Source: Elsinoe ampelina
Taxonomy: Eukaryota
DNA: 36,233 nucleotides
Assembly: GCA_010093995.1 (NCBI GenBank)
Contig: ML992505.1
Coordinates: 124,001-160,233 of the forward strand
Direction: 5' to 3'
In this document: one piece after another, positions 1 through 10,767 of the stretch
How the letters are laid out: each line of letters begins with the position of its first letter
Numbering within the stretch: position 1 is the stretch's first letter
The notes under the pieces: model-generated
What the model was told of the DNA's origin: nothing
Databases searched by the model: none
What the model saw: only the letters and a program-made list of their open reading frames with translations
Program-made: the position numbers and the translations under genes

Positions 1-160
1 GTTCTGCGATGTGTGCACGGAAGATGTCGATCTGGTTGTAGGTTGGGTACGACTTGCTCTCGGGTATTTGAGGCACCTTGTCCAGTCCTAGACCGGAGAG
101 TGTGGTAGTGATCTCTTCAATGCTCTGCCCGGACGAAGATTGTACGCCGTTGAGCGCCAT
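1..160 (-). CDS. 5' end of probable cytoplasmic arginyl-tRNA synthetase (continues off the window edge)
   Basis: ATG at 160 opens a stop-free frame MALNGVQSSSGQSIEEITTTLSGLGLDKVPQIPESKSYPTYNQIDIFRAHIAE. The 'LGL..VP....YP..N.IDIFRAHIAE' segment resembles fungal ArgRS N-termini as I recall them. Only 53 codons are visible. Confidence 0.6.
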   Translation of the reverse strand, partial: MALNGVQSSSGQSIEEITTTLSGLGLDKVPQIPESKSYPTYNQIDIFRAHIAE

Positions 161-636
161 GCTGTGTAATCGCTGTATTTGCTGTGAGAGTGGAGTGGTT
201 GTAGATTTTATGGACCTTGTGCCGCAGCAGTGACTCAAGCTCGAAAGACGTCGAGAACAGTCATACAGTCGTCGTATCGTTCGCTCACGGACTACTGCTC
301 GAAATACCGACTGCATCCACCGGACCGTGGAATGGCTTTTTGAGCGCGTTGAATGATTTGGATGTATATTACGCTCAAAGACAACTTGAACAATCTTTGA
401 ATGATTCACGTTCACAGAAAATATACAGGGTCTAGAGAAAAATTCTTGGCATGAGGAGGGGTCATCACTACTACTCTTGTTCACAGCAGCTATCTTCATT
501 ACCGATCCAACGACTAGTCCAGGTCTGGTTGCCTGTGTCTCTTTCATATTGTCCCCTACCTCATCGCCAGATCAAGTCGTATACCCATCCACGCCGGCGC
601 TATGCAACAAATGTAGCATTCATATCATGTTTCGAG

Positions 637-2445
637 TCATACCTTCGATGACCACCCCAGCTTCTCCCTATTATCGTCACAGAGCCGGGCATACTCCAAA
701 AGTAGGCGGAAGACGTAGATGACCATGTCTTCCCTCCTCAGCACCTTCTCAGCCCAATTCTTGCCGTCGGTGGCGATAGCTTTGGCAGCCTCGTCTCGTC
801 CACGGAGTTTGTCCGTCCCCATAAAGTACTCGAGGATACCGTATATGTCAATGAAGGTGTTATCCATGGGCACGAAGTGCACCCAAGGAATGATCCGTGT
901 ATCATGCCACTCGTCGTATATAGTGGCCTTGATTGGCAGGGAAGTCGAGCCCAGGAAGCCCCTATACCGACCAGAAAAGGAGTTGCCATCGATGTCAGGT
1001 AAATATTTGTAGTCGTATTGCTCTGCCATTGGTTTGGCTGGTTCCACCTTGTACCAAGGATCGGTGTATCTGCAGAAAGGCGGCGTTGGATCTGGGAAAC
1101 AGAGCAAATGCACAAAGGCCGTGTCCGCTACGTCCTTGAGCCAAGGTCCGAGGCCCTGACTCTTTGGCGCGGACAGTTGGTAGGCATCGGCGTCAGGAAG
1201 GACAAAGTTGGGTGCGATGATGTCCTTCTTGTCCACCTTCTCGACCGTCGTGCTGTTCATCATTGCCACGAAGCGATGTCGCTGGAACCGGGTCCAATTT
1301 TCCTCCTTGTTGCGCCCACCGGACGCCGCTCCTCGCCAGATAACCTTGCTCTGCTTGTCCGACCACGAGCCACCATGACCCGCTCCGCCAGAGTAGAAGG
1401 GGTCGTCTGTCCAGTACATCGCGGCCGGAAGAAGGATCTCATTGTTCATGGGAAGCTTTGATCCACCAAACATGGGTAGAAGCTTGCTGCTTGTGGAGAT
1501 GGAAATGGGTTCCACGAATGTACCATGTAGACCTTGCAAATTAGGGTGATCACACGGCGATTTAGTGTATGTCCAGTTCTTGACATATCCCTCGTAGCTT
1601 TGCTCTGGCCTGTTCGATGACAAGGGTGGAAGAGACCGATAATCCGTGGTCGGAACGTATCCGCTTCTCGCTGCAGAGTCGGGGTGACAGCCACGGACTG
1701 CTAGATCCCAGTATGGTCCTGATCCTACAAGCGCCCAATCAATCGGCGGGACTGCTTCTCCATCTGGTATGACAGTCGTGGAATAATTCCGAATCATCTC
1801 CCCGGCAGGCTGTATGCGACGACTCTTTCCTTCGACTTCCATGTAACCTTTGATATCCTCCCAGGGTACCACTATACGAGATTCGTCCATCTCGTTTATG
1901 GCGATGTCCATATCCGGCAGATGCTCCATGACCTGACTGATCTCATGTGCCCACAGATGCATCCATGGACGGTTCTCATCATTGCGCTTGGTGACGTTGC
2001 CGTTCCTCACGCTGATACGGAAAGGCCACTCGCTGGCAGATCGACGAATCTCGATAGGAGCTATAGCCCAGAACGGATTGAGGTCATCGTGTATCCGGTC
2101 AAAAAATTCTTCGACGATGACCGCATTGTTCTGCTGTGCGTAGCGGAACCATTTGTCGAAGCCAGGCGGAGGCCGTCGTCCTCTACGATTCAAATAAGCT
2201 TGTTCGGCTGCTTCCACAGTGTAGCTCTGCTTCGAGAGCAAAGTCGCAAGCTCTGTCTGGGCTTGATCTCGAAGGTCATCGATTGGATGCCGAGGTGGCT
2301 TGTCGGTGTCGCGAGTATTCGGCAGAGCTAGAGGAGCTGACTCGCGATGTGTAAAGAATGTGTATACAAGCCATGCTGCGATACTGGCACTGACCAGGAT
2401 CTGTAACAATCTCTGTAGGCGCAGAGAGCCAGGGATCATGAACAT
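637..2445 (-). CDS. Glycosyltransferase family 90 (CAP10/CXT1-like beta-1,2-xylosyltransferase family), type II membrane protein
   Basis: Intronless 602-aa ORF with an N-terminal hydrophobic anchor and the GT90 motifs 'GRRPPPGFDKWF', 'LPDMDIAINEMDE', 'WRGAASGG', 'YKYLPDIDGNSFSGRY', 'PWVHFVP' and 'LRREDM..Y.FRLLLEYARL'. Confidence 0.92.
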   Translation of the reverse strand: MFMIPGSLRLQRLLQILVSASIAAWLVYTFFTHRESAPLALPNTRDTDKPPRHPIDDLRDQAQTELATLLSKQSYTVEAAEQAYLNRRGRRPPPGFDKWFRYAQQNNAVIVEEFFDRIHDDLNPFWAIAPIEIRRSASEWPFRISVRNGNVTKRNDENRPWMHLWAHEISQVMEHLPDMDIAINEMDESRIVVPWEDIKGYMEVEGKSRRIQPAGEMIRNYSTTVIPDGEAVPPIDWALVGSGPYWDLAVRGCHPDSAARSGYVPTTDYRSLPPLSSNRPEQSYEGYVKNWTYTKSPCDHPNLQGLHGTFVEPISISTSSKLLPMFGGSKLPMNNEILLPAAMYWTDDPFYSGGAGHGGSWSDKQSKVIWRGAASGGRNKEENWTRFQRHRFVAMMNSTTVEKVDKKDIIAPNFVLPDADAYQLSAPKSQGLGPWLKDVADTAFVHLLCFPDPTPPFCRYTDPWYKVEPAKPMAEQYDYKYLPDIDGNSFSGRYRGFLGSTSLPIKATIYDEWHDTRIIPWVHFVPMDNTFIDIYGILEYFMGTDKLRGRDEAAKAIATDGKNWAEKVLRREDMVIYVFRLLLEYARLCDDNREKLGWSSKV

Positions 2446-3238
2446 CGGAGTCGTTCAGGGTCGTGATCGCGTTGGTATTGCTAAGGCGCACAGTCCGGAC
2501 CCACAATTCATGACAGCATAACCTGGTTGTTGTAGAGCAACCCTGTCGCAGAAAACCCCAGTAACATCGGTCGCACTGACGGTAATGATACGAATGTCAG
2601 GAGAATCCGTGCGAATTTGAGCGGAGGAGGATGTGGAGGTTGATGAAGGATGCAAAGAAAAGAACAAGCTATCGATTGCAAAGGCGGGAGATAGGGCGCG
2701 AGTTTTCGAGGAGCAAATGACACCCGTGCCACCTCCCCCCAGCGGCGTCATGGATCCGTTCTGGTGGTGTAGACCACCAAAATCACCAGACCATGGAGGA
2801 GCATATCGCAATAGCATGGAACGGCCTTTCGATCTGACAGAAGACACTACTGACATATTACCATCTGACATGATACCTGGATGATAGAGACCTGTCGGAC
2901 TACCAGCTGTGATTTTGTGGAGGGATCTGCCACGGCGGAAAGGCTAAAACTTGATAGAATGCGCCACATCCTTGCTCTAGCCGCTGCACTGGACCTGCTT
3001 CCGCCGGAGTTTTATGCACTTTTGACTACGTCCGTACAGCATGGAGTGACCAGCAAGAATTTCAAAACACAGGAATTCTTAAACTATTTAGTGACCATTG
3101 AACCGCCTCTACAGGCAGCAAAATACTGGTGGACTTTCCGGACCACGAACTCGCCTATTGGACTGCGAAAATCGAATCTTTGTCGGCAGTCATTTTTCGG
3201 TCTTGATTCCAGCTGGAGGTCACATCTGCACATCCACC

Positions 3239-3772
3239 ATGGCTTCTGACAAGGACCATCCAGTATCGGTCCTGTTTGTATGCCTAGGCAATATCTGCAG
3301 GTCCCCCATGGCCGAAGGGGTGTTCAGACACCTCACAAACTTCGAGCGTCCTAACCAGGATCCTCGCATCAAGCATGTTGACTCTTGCGGGACGGGAGCA
3401 TACCATACTGGAGATAGCCCTGATCCACGAACCGTGTCTGTGCTCGAAGATCATGGCATTACCGAGGACTACTATCAACACGCGGCGCGGAAATTCCATG
3501 CTTCTGACTTCAACAAGTTCGACTACATCTTTGCCATGGACAAGGAAAACCAGAGCTATCTTGATCGTGAGCGAGGGCGACTGATCCGAAAGGGAGATCT
3601 GGACGAGGCAAAGGCCGGCAAAGTAGAATTATGGGGCAAGTACGGCGGTAGGAACAACGAGGAAGTCATTGACCCTTACTATGGAGCTCGGAATGGGTTC
3701 GAGATTGCGTACGAGCAGATGGTCAGATTCACGAATGGTTTCATGAAGCAGTTGGGCAAAGAGGACTCATGA
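3239..3772 (+). CDS. LTP1: Low-molecular-weight phosphotyrosine protein phosphatase
   Basis: ATG at 3239 in a CACCATGG context. P-loop 'VLFVCLGNICRSPMAE', plus 'DSCGT', 'FDYIFAMD' and the catalytic 'DPYYG' loop. Confidence 0.95.
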   Translation: MASDKDHPVSVLFVCLGNICRSPMAEGVFRHLTNFERPNQDPRIKHVDSCGTGAYHTGDSPDPRTVSVLEDHGITEDYYQHAARKFHASDFNKFDYIFAMDKENQSYLDRERGRLIRKGDLDEAKAGKVELWGKYGGRNNEEVIDPYYGARNGFEIAYEQMVRFTNGFMKQLGKEDS

Positions 3773-4179
3773 CACCTCGGCCCAACGAGCAGTGCAAATG
3801 TGCAGCCTCAGTACGGGCGTAAGAAAAAAGATGTCTTTTCAGACCATTAGAATCAAAAGACATACAGATAATAGACATACATGCTCGCCTGATGATGGTA
3901 GTGTTGCTTAACGATGCCTTGATAATGAGAAAGTCATTTCACATTAATCTCCTTTTGGCTAGCGCCGAGCAGACCCTGGGCCGAGGCATGGAGAAGCGAA
4001 GCGAGAGGAGCACGAGCTCTAATTGACCTTGACCTTGAATAATGTCCCAGTACGGGCGTACACCATCGACAACGTCTCTCCGTCCGCCGGCAGTCCATAA
4101 GTAATCGCTCCATCTCACAGGTGTGAAAGTCTTCTCACCCCGCATCTCTTTCGTCTCGACCACATCCAATTGCGGAAAG

Positions 4180-5751
4180 ATGGAGCTCCCCGAATTCACC
4201 GCGATCAAAATGGGCGACATCCCCGCCGTCCACAACAAGTTGTACCAGACCTTCCACACCCAGCGCACGCGACCCATCTCATATCGTCTGACCCAGCTTC
4301 GGAAGCTGTGGTGGGCCCTCAAGGATTCCGAGAAGCTCATCATGGAAGCATGCTTGCGCGATCTGGGCAAGCCACACTTCGAGACCTACCTTACCGAGCT
4401 CGGCTGGTGCCTCAACGACATCATCTTCGTCTGCCAGAACCTCGAGAAGTGGGCCAAAGATGAGACACCTGCTGACATTGCCTTGATGCACTGGGCCATG
4501 AAGCCACGCATCCGCAAGGATCCTCTCGGTGTCGTTCTCATCCTCGGCGCATACAACTTCCCCATCCAGCTCAGCTTGGGACCCCTCATCGGAGCCATTG
4601 CTGCAGGATGTACTGCTGTACTCAAGCCCTCGGAGTCCTCTCCGTATGCTGCGGCAGTACTTCAGCACGTCGTGGAGAAGAGCTTGGACCCAGACTCATA
4701 CCAGGTCATCAATGGATCTATCCCTGAATCAACTGCCCTGCTTGAGCTCAAGTGGGACAAGATCTTCTACACGGGTGGTGCATCTGTTGGAAAGATCATC
4801 GCTAAGAAGGCGGCCGAGACATTGACACCAGTCACACTCGAGCTGGGCGGAAAGAACCCTGCCATCGTCACCGCAAGCGCAGATCCCAGAATCGCTGCGA
4901 GACGACTGCTCTGGGCCAAAGGACTCAATGCTGGTCAGGTATGTGTCAGCCAGAACTACATCCTGGTCGAACGAAATATCATGCCTGCTCTGGTCGAGGA
5001 GTTCAAGACTGCGCTCAAGACATTCTACCCCGACGGTGTCAAAGCCAGCGCCGACTACAGCCGCATCGTAAACGAACGTCAATTCCTCAAGCTCAAAAAG
5101 ATGCTGGACGGTAGCAGCGGGAAGATTCTCGCCGGTGGTATGATGGATCAGGCGACCAAGTACATTGAGCCCACGCTTATCGAGGTCATCGACCCCAACG
5201 ATACTCTCCTCCTCGACGAATCTTTCGGACCCCTGATTCCCATTCTCGCCTTTGACGATCTCAACTTGGCCATCAAAATTGCCAATCAGGTCGATCCAAC
5301 CCCTCTCGGAGTCTACCCATTCGGCTCCAACAACGAAATCGAGAAGATCCTCAAAGGCACCCGATCAGGAGGCGTCTCCATCAACGACGGCTTCTACCAC
5401 GCCTCGATCCCCACCCTTGAATTCGGTGGTGTCGGCTCATCGGGACAGGGCGCCTACCGCGGTAAAGCTTCTTTCGACTCCTTCACTCACCGTCGAGCCA
5501 TCACAAGAACACCCGGCTGGGCCGAGAAGCTGCTGGACATCAGATACCCACCCTACAAGGGCAAGATTGAGAAGTTGGCATCCTTCACAGATCTGAAGCC
5601 AGATTTTGATAGAGATGGCAAAGTCCGGTCAAGAGGCGTGATCAATTATATACTTGGACTCGGAGGGAAGACTATCACTGAGAGTGTCGTGAGATGGACG
5701 GTGGTGTTGGTTGCCGCTTTTGCAGCCAGGAAAGGTTGGGCGAAATTGTGA
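4180..5751 (+). CDS. ALDH3-family (fatty/apocarotenoid, Hfd1/YLO-1/CarD-like) aldehyde dehydrogenase with C-terminal membrane anchor
   Basis: Motifs 'GAYNFP', 'KPSE', 'IFYTGG', catalytic Glu in 'LELGGKNP', catalytic Cys in 'NAGQVCVS', 'ESFGP' and 'FGGVGSSG', with a hydrophobic C-terminal tail. Start taken at MELPEF. Confidence 0.92.
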   Translation: MELPEFTAIKMGDIPAVHNKLYQTFHTQRTRPISYRLTQLRKLWWALKDSEKLIMEACLRDLGKPHFETYLTELGWCLNDIIFVCQNLEKWAKDETPADIALMHWAMKPRIRKDPLGVVLILGAYNFPIQLSLGPLIGAIAAGCTAVLKPSESSPYAAAVLQHVVEKSLDPDSYQVINGSIPESTALLELKWDKIFYTGGASVGKIIAKKAAETLTPVTLELGGKNPAIVTASADPRIAARRLLWAKGLNAGQVCVSQNYILVERNIMPALVEEFKTALKTFYPDGVKASADYSRIVNERQFLKLKKMLDGSSGKILAGGMMDQATKYIEPTLIEVIDPNDTLLLDESFGPLIPILAFDDLNLAIKIANQVDPTPLGVYPFGSNNEIEKILKGTRSGGVSINDGFYHASIPTLEFGGVGSSGQGAYRGKASFDSFTHRRAITRTPGWAEKLLDIRYPPYKGKIEKLASFTDLKPDFDRDGKVRSRGVINYILGLGGKTITESVVRWTVVLVAAFAARKGWAKL

Positions 5752-7008
5752 GACCGGTAGGTAAGGTCTTCGCTGGCTTTGACCATGAGCGCTTTGAGCT
5801 CGTTTGAGATACCAAATAGGTTCGTGATAATTCGCGAATGTAATTGTATTTAATCAAGTGCCGACATCTACAGACTGGACGCGTGGTCGAGGGAATTGTA
5901 CGGCAAGCAGTCCGTATCACTTTCGTACCAAGCATTCAGGCAGCAGAATTACTCGCATCTAGCAGAACCGAGCTTTATCACATTGCACGTATCGAGAGAA
6001 GATCCGAGAAGCTGGGTTCAAGTTATCGCTGCGGCGTGGCGGCTCTCGCCACAGTTCTATATTTGGAGCATGTAGCGAGCAATGCGGGTAGGATGCGGCC
6101 ACTATGAATGCCGTGACATGCAAGTATATAGTTGACGGAGCGATTGTGTGAGCCGTAGACAAGCACTTGATGCATACCGACAAGAGCTGAGCGCTTCTCC
6201 GAAACAAAATCAAGAACCAGAAGCACCTCGCCCAGACGGACGGATATCGGATGTCTGTTCGATAGTTGTTCGATAGGATACAAGGAAAAAGAGCCGCGTC
6301 AAGAGATCAGCAGGAGTGGAATAGAGAGATCTACTGGCACAGCCATACAAAACGTAGCGAAAAGGGTACCTTAAGGTGGCTTTGCAGGTTGACGTACGCG
6401 CGTTTTTGTTTCTTGAAGGAAGCTTGCAAGGTTTAGTGCCCGTCAGATCCAGCGATGATCCTGCGATGAACCCTTGCCCTCCTTCAGGACTGCATCATGG
6501 CTGGTCTGTGTGTCTTCGTTGCGGCGGACGACCTGTGGATGATGTGGGGACTTTTCAGGACTTCTTGACAACTGGGATAGCATCGCCCTGGTAGCATCGG
6601 AAACTTGCCTTGCCTTGTTTCCAGACCGAGCTTGACTGCTTCATTACCACGTTTCGCTCTGCATCGCTCTATCGCCCGACTTTCGCGACCATCTTTTGCA
6701 GCATCATCCCCTGTCTATCCATCCTTCGCCGAGCCGTCGTTTGCGGAGATCACCCGACCACAGTAAACAACGTTGTCGGACCTGTAATTTATCTGATACC
6801 AGGGCAGCACTTCGAACGCTCGACGCCCACTCGTCATTGTCGCTGTCGTCTCAAGATCTACTCGACCTACACCACATCTGCAGCATCTGACGTTTCGGAC
6901 ATACTGACGGGAGCTTCAGCTTCGCTCGTTTCATCCGCAGCTCATTACAACCACTCTTCGATTCGAGGATAGAATAAACACGACAAAGAGCTTGGTGGCA
7001 TCCACAAC

Positions 7009-10000
7009 ATGGCGTACAATCGTTTGGGTAAGTCGCATGATCTTCGAAGTTACAAGGTCCGCCTGTGACACTACGCGCATTCACATTCCTTTTCACAAAT
7101 TGGCGCACAATCTGGGGCTTCACTAACTCGAAGACCAGGAAATAGCCATGGAGGGCAATATTCTCATGACGACGACGATCCATACACAGCACAGCCTCAG
7201 AACCCCTTCACAGACCATCAACATACATACCAATCACACGGAAGGACGCCGTCGCCGGGCCACCCATTGAGCAACATGAACAACGGATCATACCACCATG
7301 AACCTCTGGAGATGCCGATGGGTCCAGGAGCTGGGCATCTGCTCACACCAAGCGACAGGTTGGACCCTCAGCCAACGGTAGAGAAGAATGCAGAAGCACC
7401 ATGACCTCGCACTAACAAGACCAGTACTCTGTCGAGAACATCCCCAACACATACGGCCACAATGAGGGCTACGATGCATCGCACCCGTACAATCCAACCC
7501 AAGCTGGCAACGGCCTCGCGCTTGACCCGCAACAACACCACGACGCGTACTACAACCAACCATACGAGCCCACGACTCCTTACGATGAGCACGATGTAGG
7601 CCAGGGAAATGGATACTGGCAGGATGAGGTGGAGAACAAGCCAATGGTCCCACAAGCCGGAGCCTACGGGCCAGATCCGAGTCAAATAGACCCGGAGCCA
7701 GGATACGATCAGCCACCTCAACCCCCGGCTGCTCCCATCCGGCGGTGGAAGACGGTGAAGGAAGTGCAGCTGTTCAATGGCAACTTGGTACTGGATTGTC
7801 CTGTACCACCTCGGTTACTGAACCAGATCCAGCACGCACAGCCTCCCGAGCGCGACGAGTTCACCCACATGCGATACTCGGCAGCCACCTGCGACCCAGC
7901 ACACTTCTACGACGAGCGCTTCACCCTTCGGCAGCGCCTATTCGCCAAGCCGAGACACACTGAGCTCTTCATCGTCGTCACAATGTACAACGAAGAGGAA
8001 GAATTGTTTGCTAGGACCATGATGGGAGTCATCAAAAACATTGAGTTCATGAACTCGCGGACAAGCAGCAAAACCTGGGGCAAGGAAGCTTGGAAGAAGA
8101 TTGTTGTCTGTGTGGTCAGTGATGGACGTGCGAAGATCAATCCACGTACACGCGCCGTGCTTGCGGCGATGGGTGTCTACCAAGACGGTATCGCCAAGCA
8201 GCAAGTCAATGGCCGAGATGTCACCGCGCACATCTACGAATACACCACTCAGATGAACCTGGAGATCAAGAACCACGTGGTACAGGTCAAGAAAGGCAAC
8301 ACACCGGTACAGATGCTGTTCTGCTTGAAGGAAAAGAACCAGAAAAAGATCAACTCGCATCGTTGGTTCTTCCAAGCATTCGGTCAAGTATTGGACCCTA
8401 ACATCTGTGTCCTGATTGACGCCGGAACAAAGCCTGGACGAGATTCGATCTACAAGCTCTGGAAAGTCTTCGACGTCGAGCCAATGTGCGCCGGTGCATG
8501 TGGTGAGATCAAAGCCATGCTGGAACATGGCAAGAACCTCATCAATCCGCTTGTCGCAGCGCAAAACTTCGAGTACAAGATGAGCAACATTCTCGACAAA
8601 CCATTAGAATCGTCTTTCGGCTTCATCACTGTCTTGCCAGGTGCATTCTCGGCCTATCGATATGTGGCACTGCAGAATGATAAGACAGGTCAAGGACCCT
8701 TGGAGAAATACTTCAAGGGCGAGACTATGCACGGCGCCAACGCTGGAATCTTTACCGCCAACATGTATCTCGCCGAAGATCGTATCTTGTGTTTCGAGCT
8801 GGTCTCGAAGCGCAACTGCTCTTGGATTCTCCAATACGTCAAATCGGCCACAGGCGAGACTGATGTTCCAACCGAAATGGCCGACTTTATTCTGCAACGT
8901 CGTCGATGGCTGAACGGATCCTTCTTCGCCGCTGTCTATGCACTCACGCACTTCTATCAGATCTTCAGGAGCAAGCATTCGGCACTTCGCATGCTGGCCT
9001 TCCTCTTCGAGTTCTTCTACCAGTTTATCAGCATGTTGTTTGCTTGGTTTGCAATCGTGAGTGCCCACCTGCTTGACCATACATATCGTTCTGACCGTGC
9101 CCAGGGCAACTTCTTCCTCGTCTTCCGCATCCTCACAACCTCCCTTGGCGAACCTTCGCTAAATTTCGCTCCCGGTAATGTCTTGGCTGTCATCTTCGAG
9201 TTCCTCTACCTCGGCATTCTCATCACTTGTTTCGTCCTGGCGCTAGGCAACCGACCCCAAGGATCAAACAAGTTCTACATGTCGCAAGTGTACTTCTGGG
9301 CTATCCTTATGGCTTACCTTATCTTCGCTACAGTCTTCATCACTGTCAAGTCCGTTCAAGCCCAGGTTGCACTAGGTGGCTTTACGTTTACGACACTGTT
9401 CACCAACGCCCTCTTCAGGACTCTGATCCTGTCCATGTTGGCCACGTACGTCTTGTACTTCGTCGCCTCCATCCTCTTTCTCGATCCCTGGCACATGATC
9501 ACCTGCTTCGTGCAATACCTTCTCATGACGCCCACCTACATCAACATTCTCAATGTATACGCCTTCTGTAACACCCACGATATCACTTGGGGTACCAAAG
9601 GTGACGATAAGCCCGAGAAGCTCGGCTCGGCCACCACGAAACCTGGCGGCAAAGTCGACGTCACCATCCCCACCGACGACCATGATCTCAACAGCCAATA
9701 CGAATCCGAGCTCCGCGCCTTTGCCACCAAGTACGCCCCACCGAAGAAGGTTCCTTCACCGGAAGAGAAGCACGAGGACTATTACAAGGGCTTCAGATCC
9801 GCTGTCGTCATTGTTTGGATGTTCTGCAATTTGATTTTGGCGGCGGTTGTACTGAACGCAGGAGGCTTGGAACGGATCAATGTGGACAACAATGAGGAGA
9901 CGCAGCGGAGTACCATCTACATGAGCGTGGTCCTGTACAGCGTTGTTTTCCTCAGCGCCATCAGATGGGTAGGATGCATCTGGTTCTTGATTGTCAGAAT

Positions 10001-10016
10001 TTTCAGGGGCGTATGA
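7009..10016 (+). CDS. Chitin synthase, class I (division 1)
   Basis: Exon 1 MAYNRL(G). GT-AG introns at 7028-7138, 7378-7424 and 9057-9104. Motifs 'TMYNE', 'KKINSHRW', '[13 protein letters not shown]', 'LAEDRIL', 'QRRRW' and 'HDITWGTKG'. Confidence 0.95.
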
Positions 10017-10767
10017 GCGCGGATATAATACCTCGGCGAGAGAAAAGCATTGGATTGGCGCATGGGGATCGATCTGTGGGATTTGATGGATACTCAAGAT
10101 TGGTTGGACGGAGTTATGACAGAAAGATACCACGAAGAATGACCAGAGCCTTGAGGACTGGATGCACAGGGAGTATGACTTTTTCTGTTCTCCTTCATGA
10201 TCAAATGGCTACAAGAATATTACACTTCCCGCCTTTCAACGCGTGTTGTTTATGTGTTTCTTGCCCGCATGATCATATGCTTGCCTTTCCAATGCCCCGA
10301 CGACATGCACGCTTCGTGTGAGGAGGCTGAACATGCACAAAATAGTTTGCTGGTCAAGACATTTAATTCAGCCATGCAGCCTAAGTGCACCAGGGACGGG
10401 TTTGCTCTCAGTGTAAGTAGCTTTCACCCTCGTCGCCACCAGCAACGGTTTCGGCTTGCTGCTGATCTTCAGCACAAATACCTCAGAAGTGTTTGTTGCT
10501 AGGCAAACATGTGCAAAACGACGCGACCGGACGTCACTTGCTGTCCCAATCCGGCAATTTTGCACTGCGATACTGCTTGTTAAGGTGATGGAGCTGGTCA
10601 AAGCGCGGCTCGCCTGGTTTTGTGATTCCACTCCCTTCCACCTCTTCGGCACCGCCTCTCATAATCACACAACTTCGCCTTCTCCGACATACACCTCTAT
10701 TGGTCTCTTCACACTTGTGTCTCTCATCCTCAGCAGGCTTGCGATTCGATCAAAAGCTTCTTTAATC

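Noticed and set aside
3098..3238. N-terminal extension of the LMW-PTP ORF from a TTG start
   Set aside because: Non-AUG start; the ATG at 3239 has good context and matches the family N-terminus.
6390..6410. ACGCGCGT MCB-like element upstream of chitin synthase
   Set aside because: Single imperfect short motif, expected by chance.
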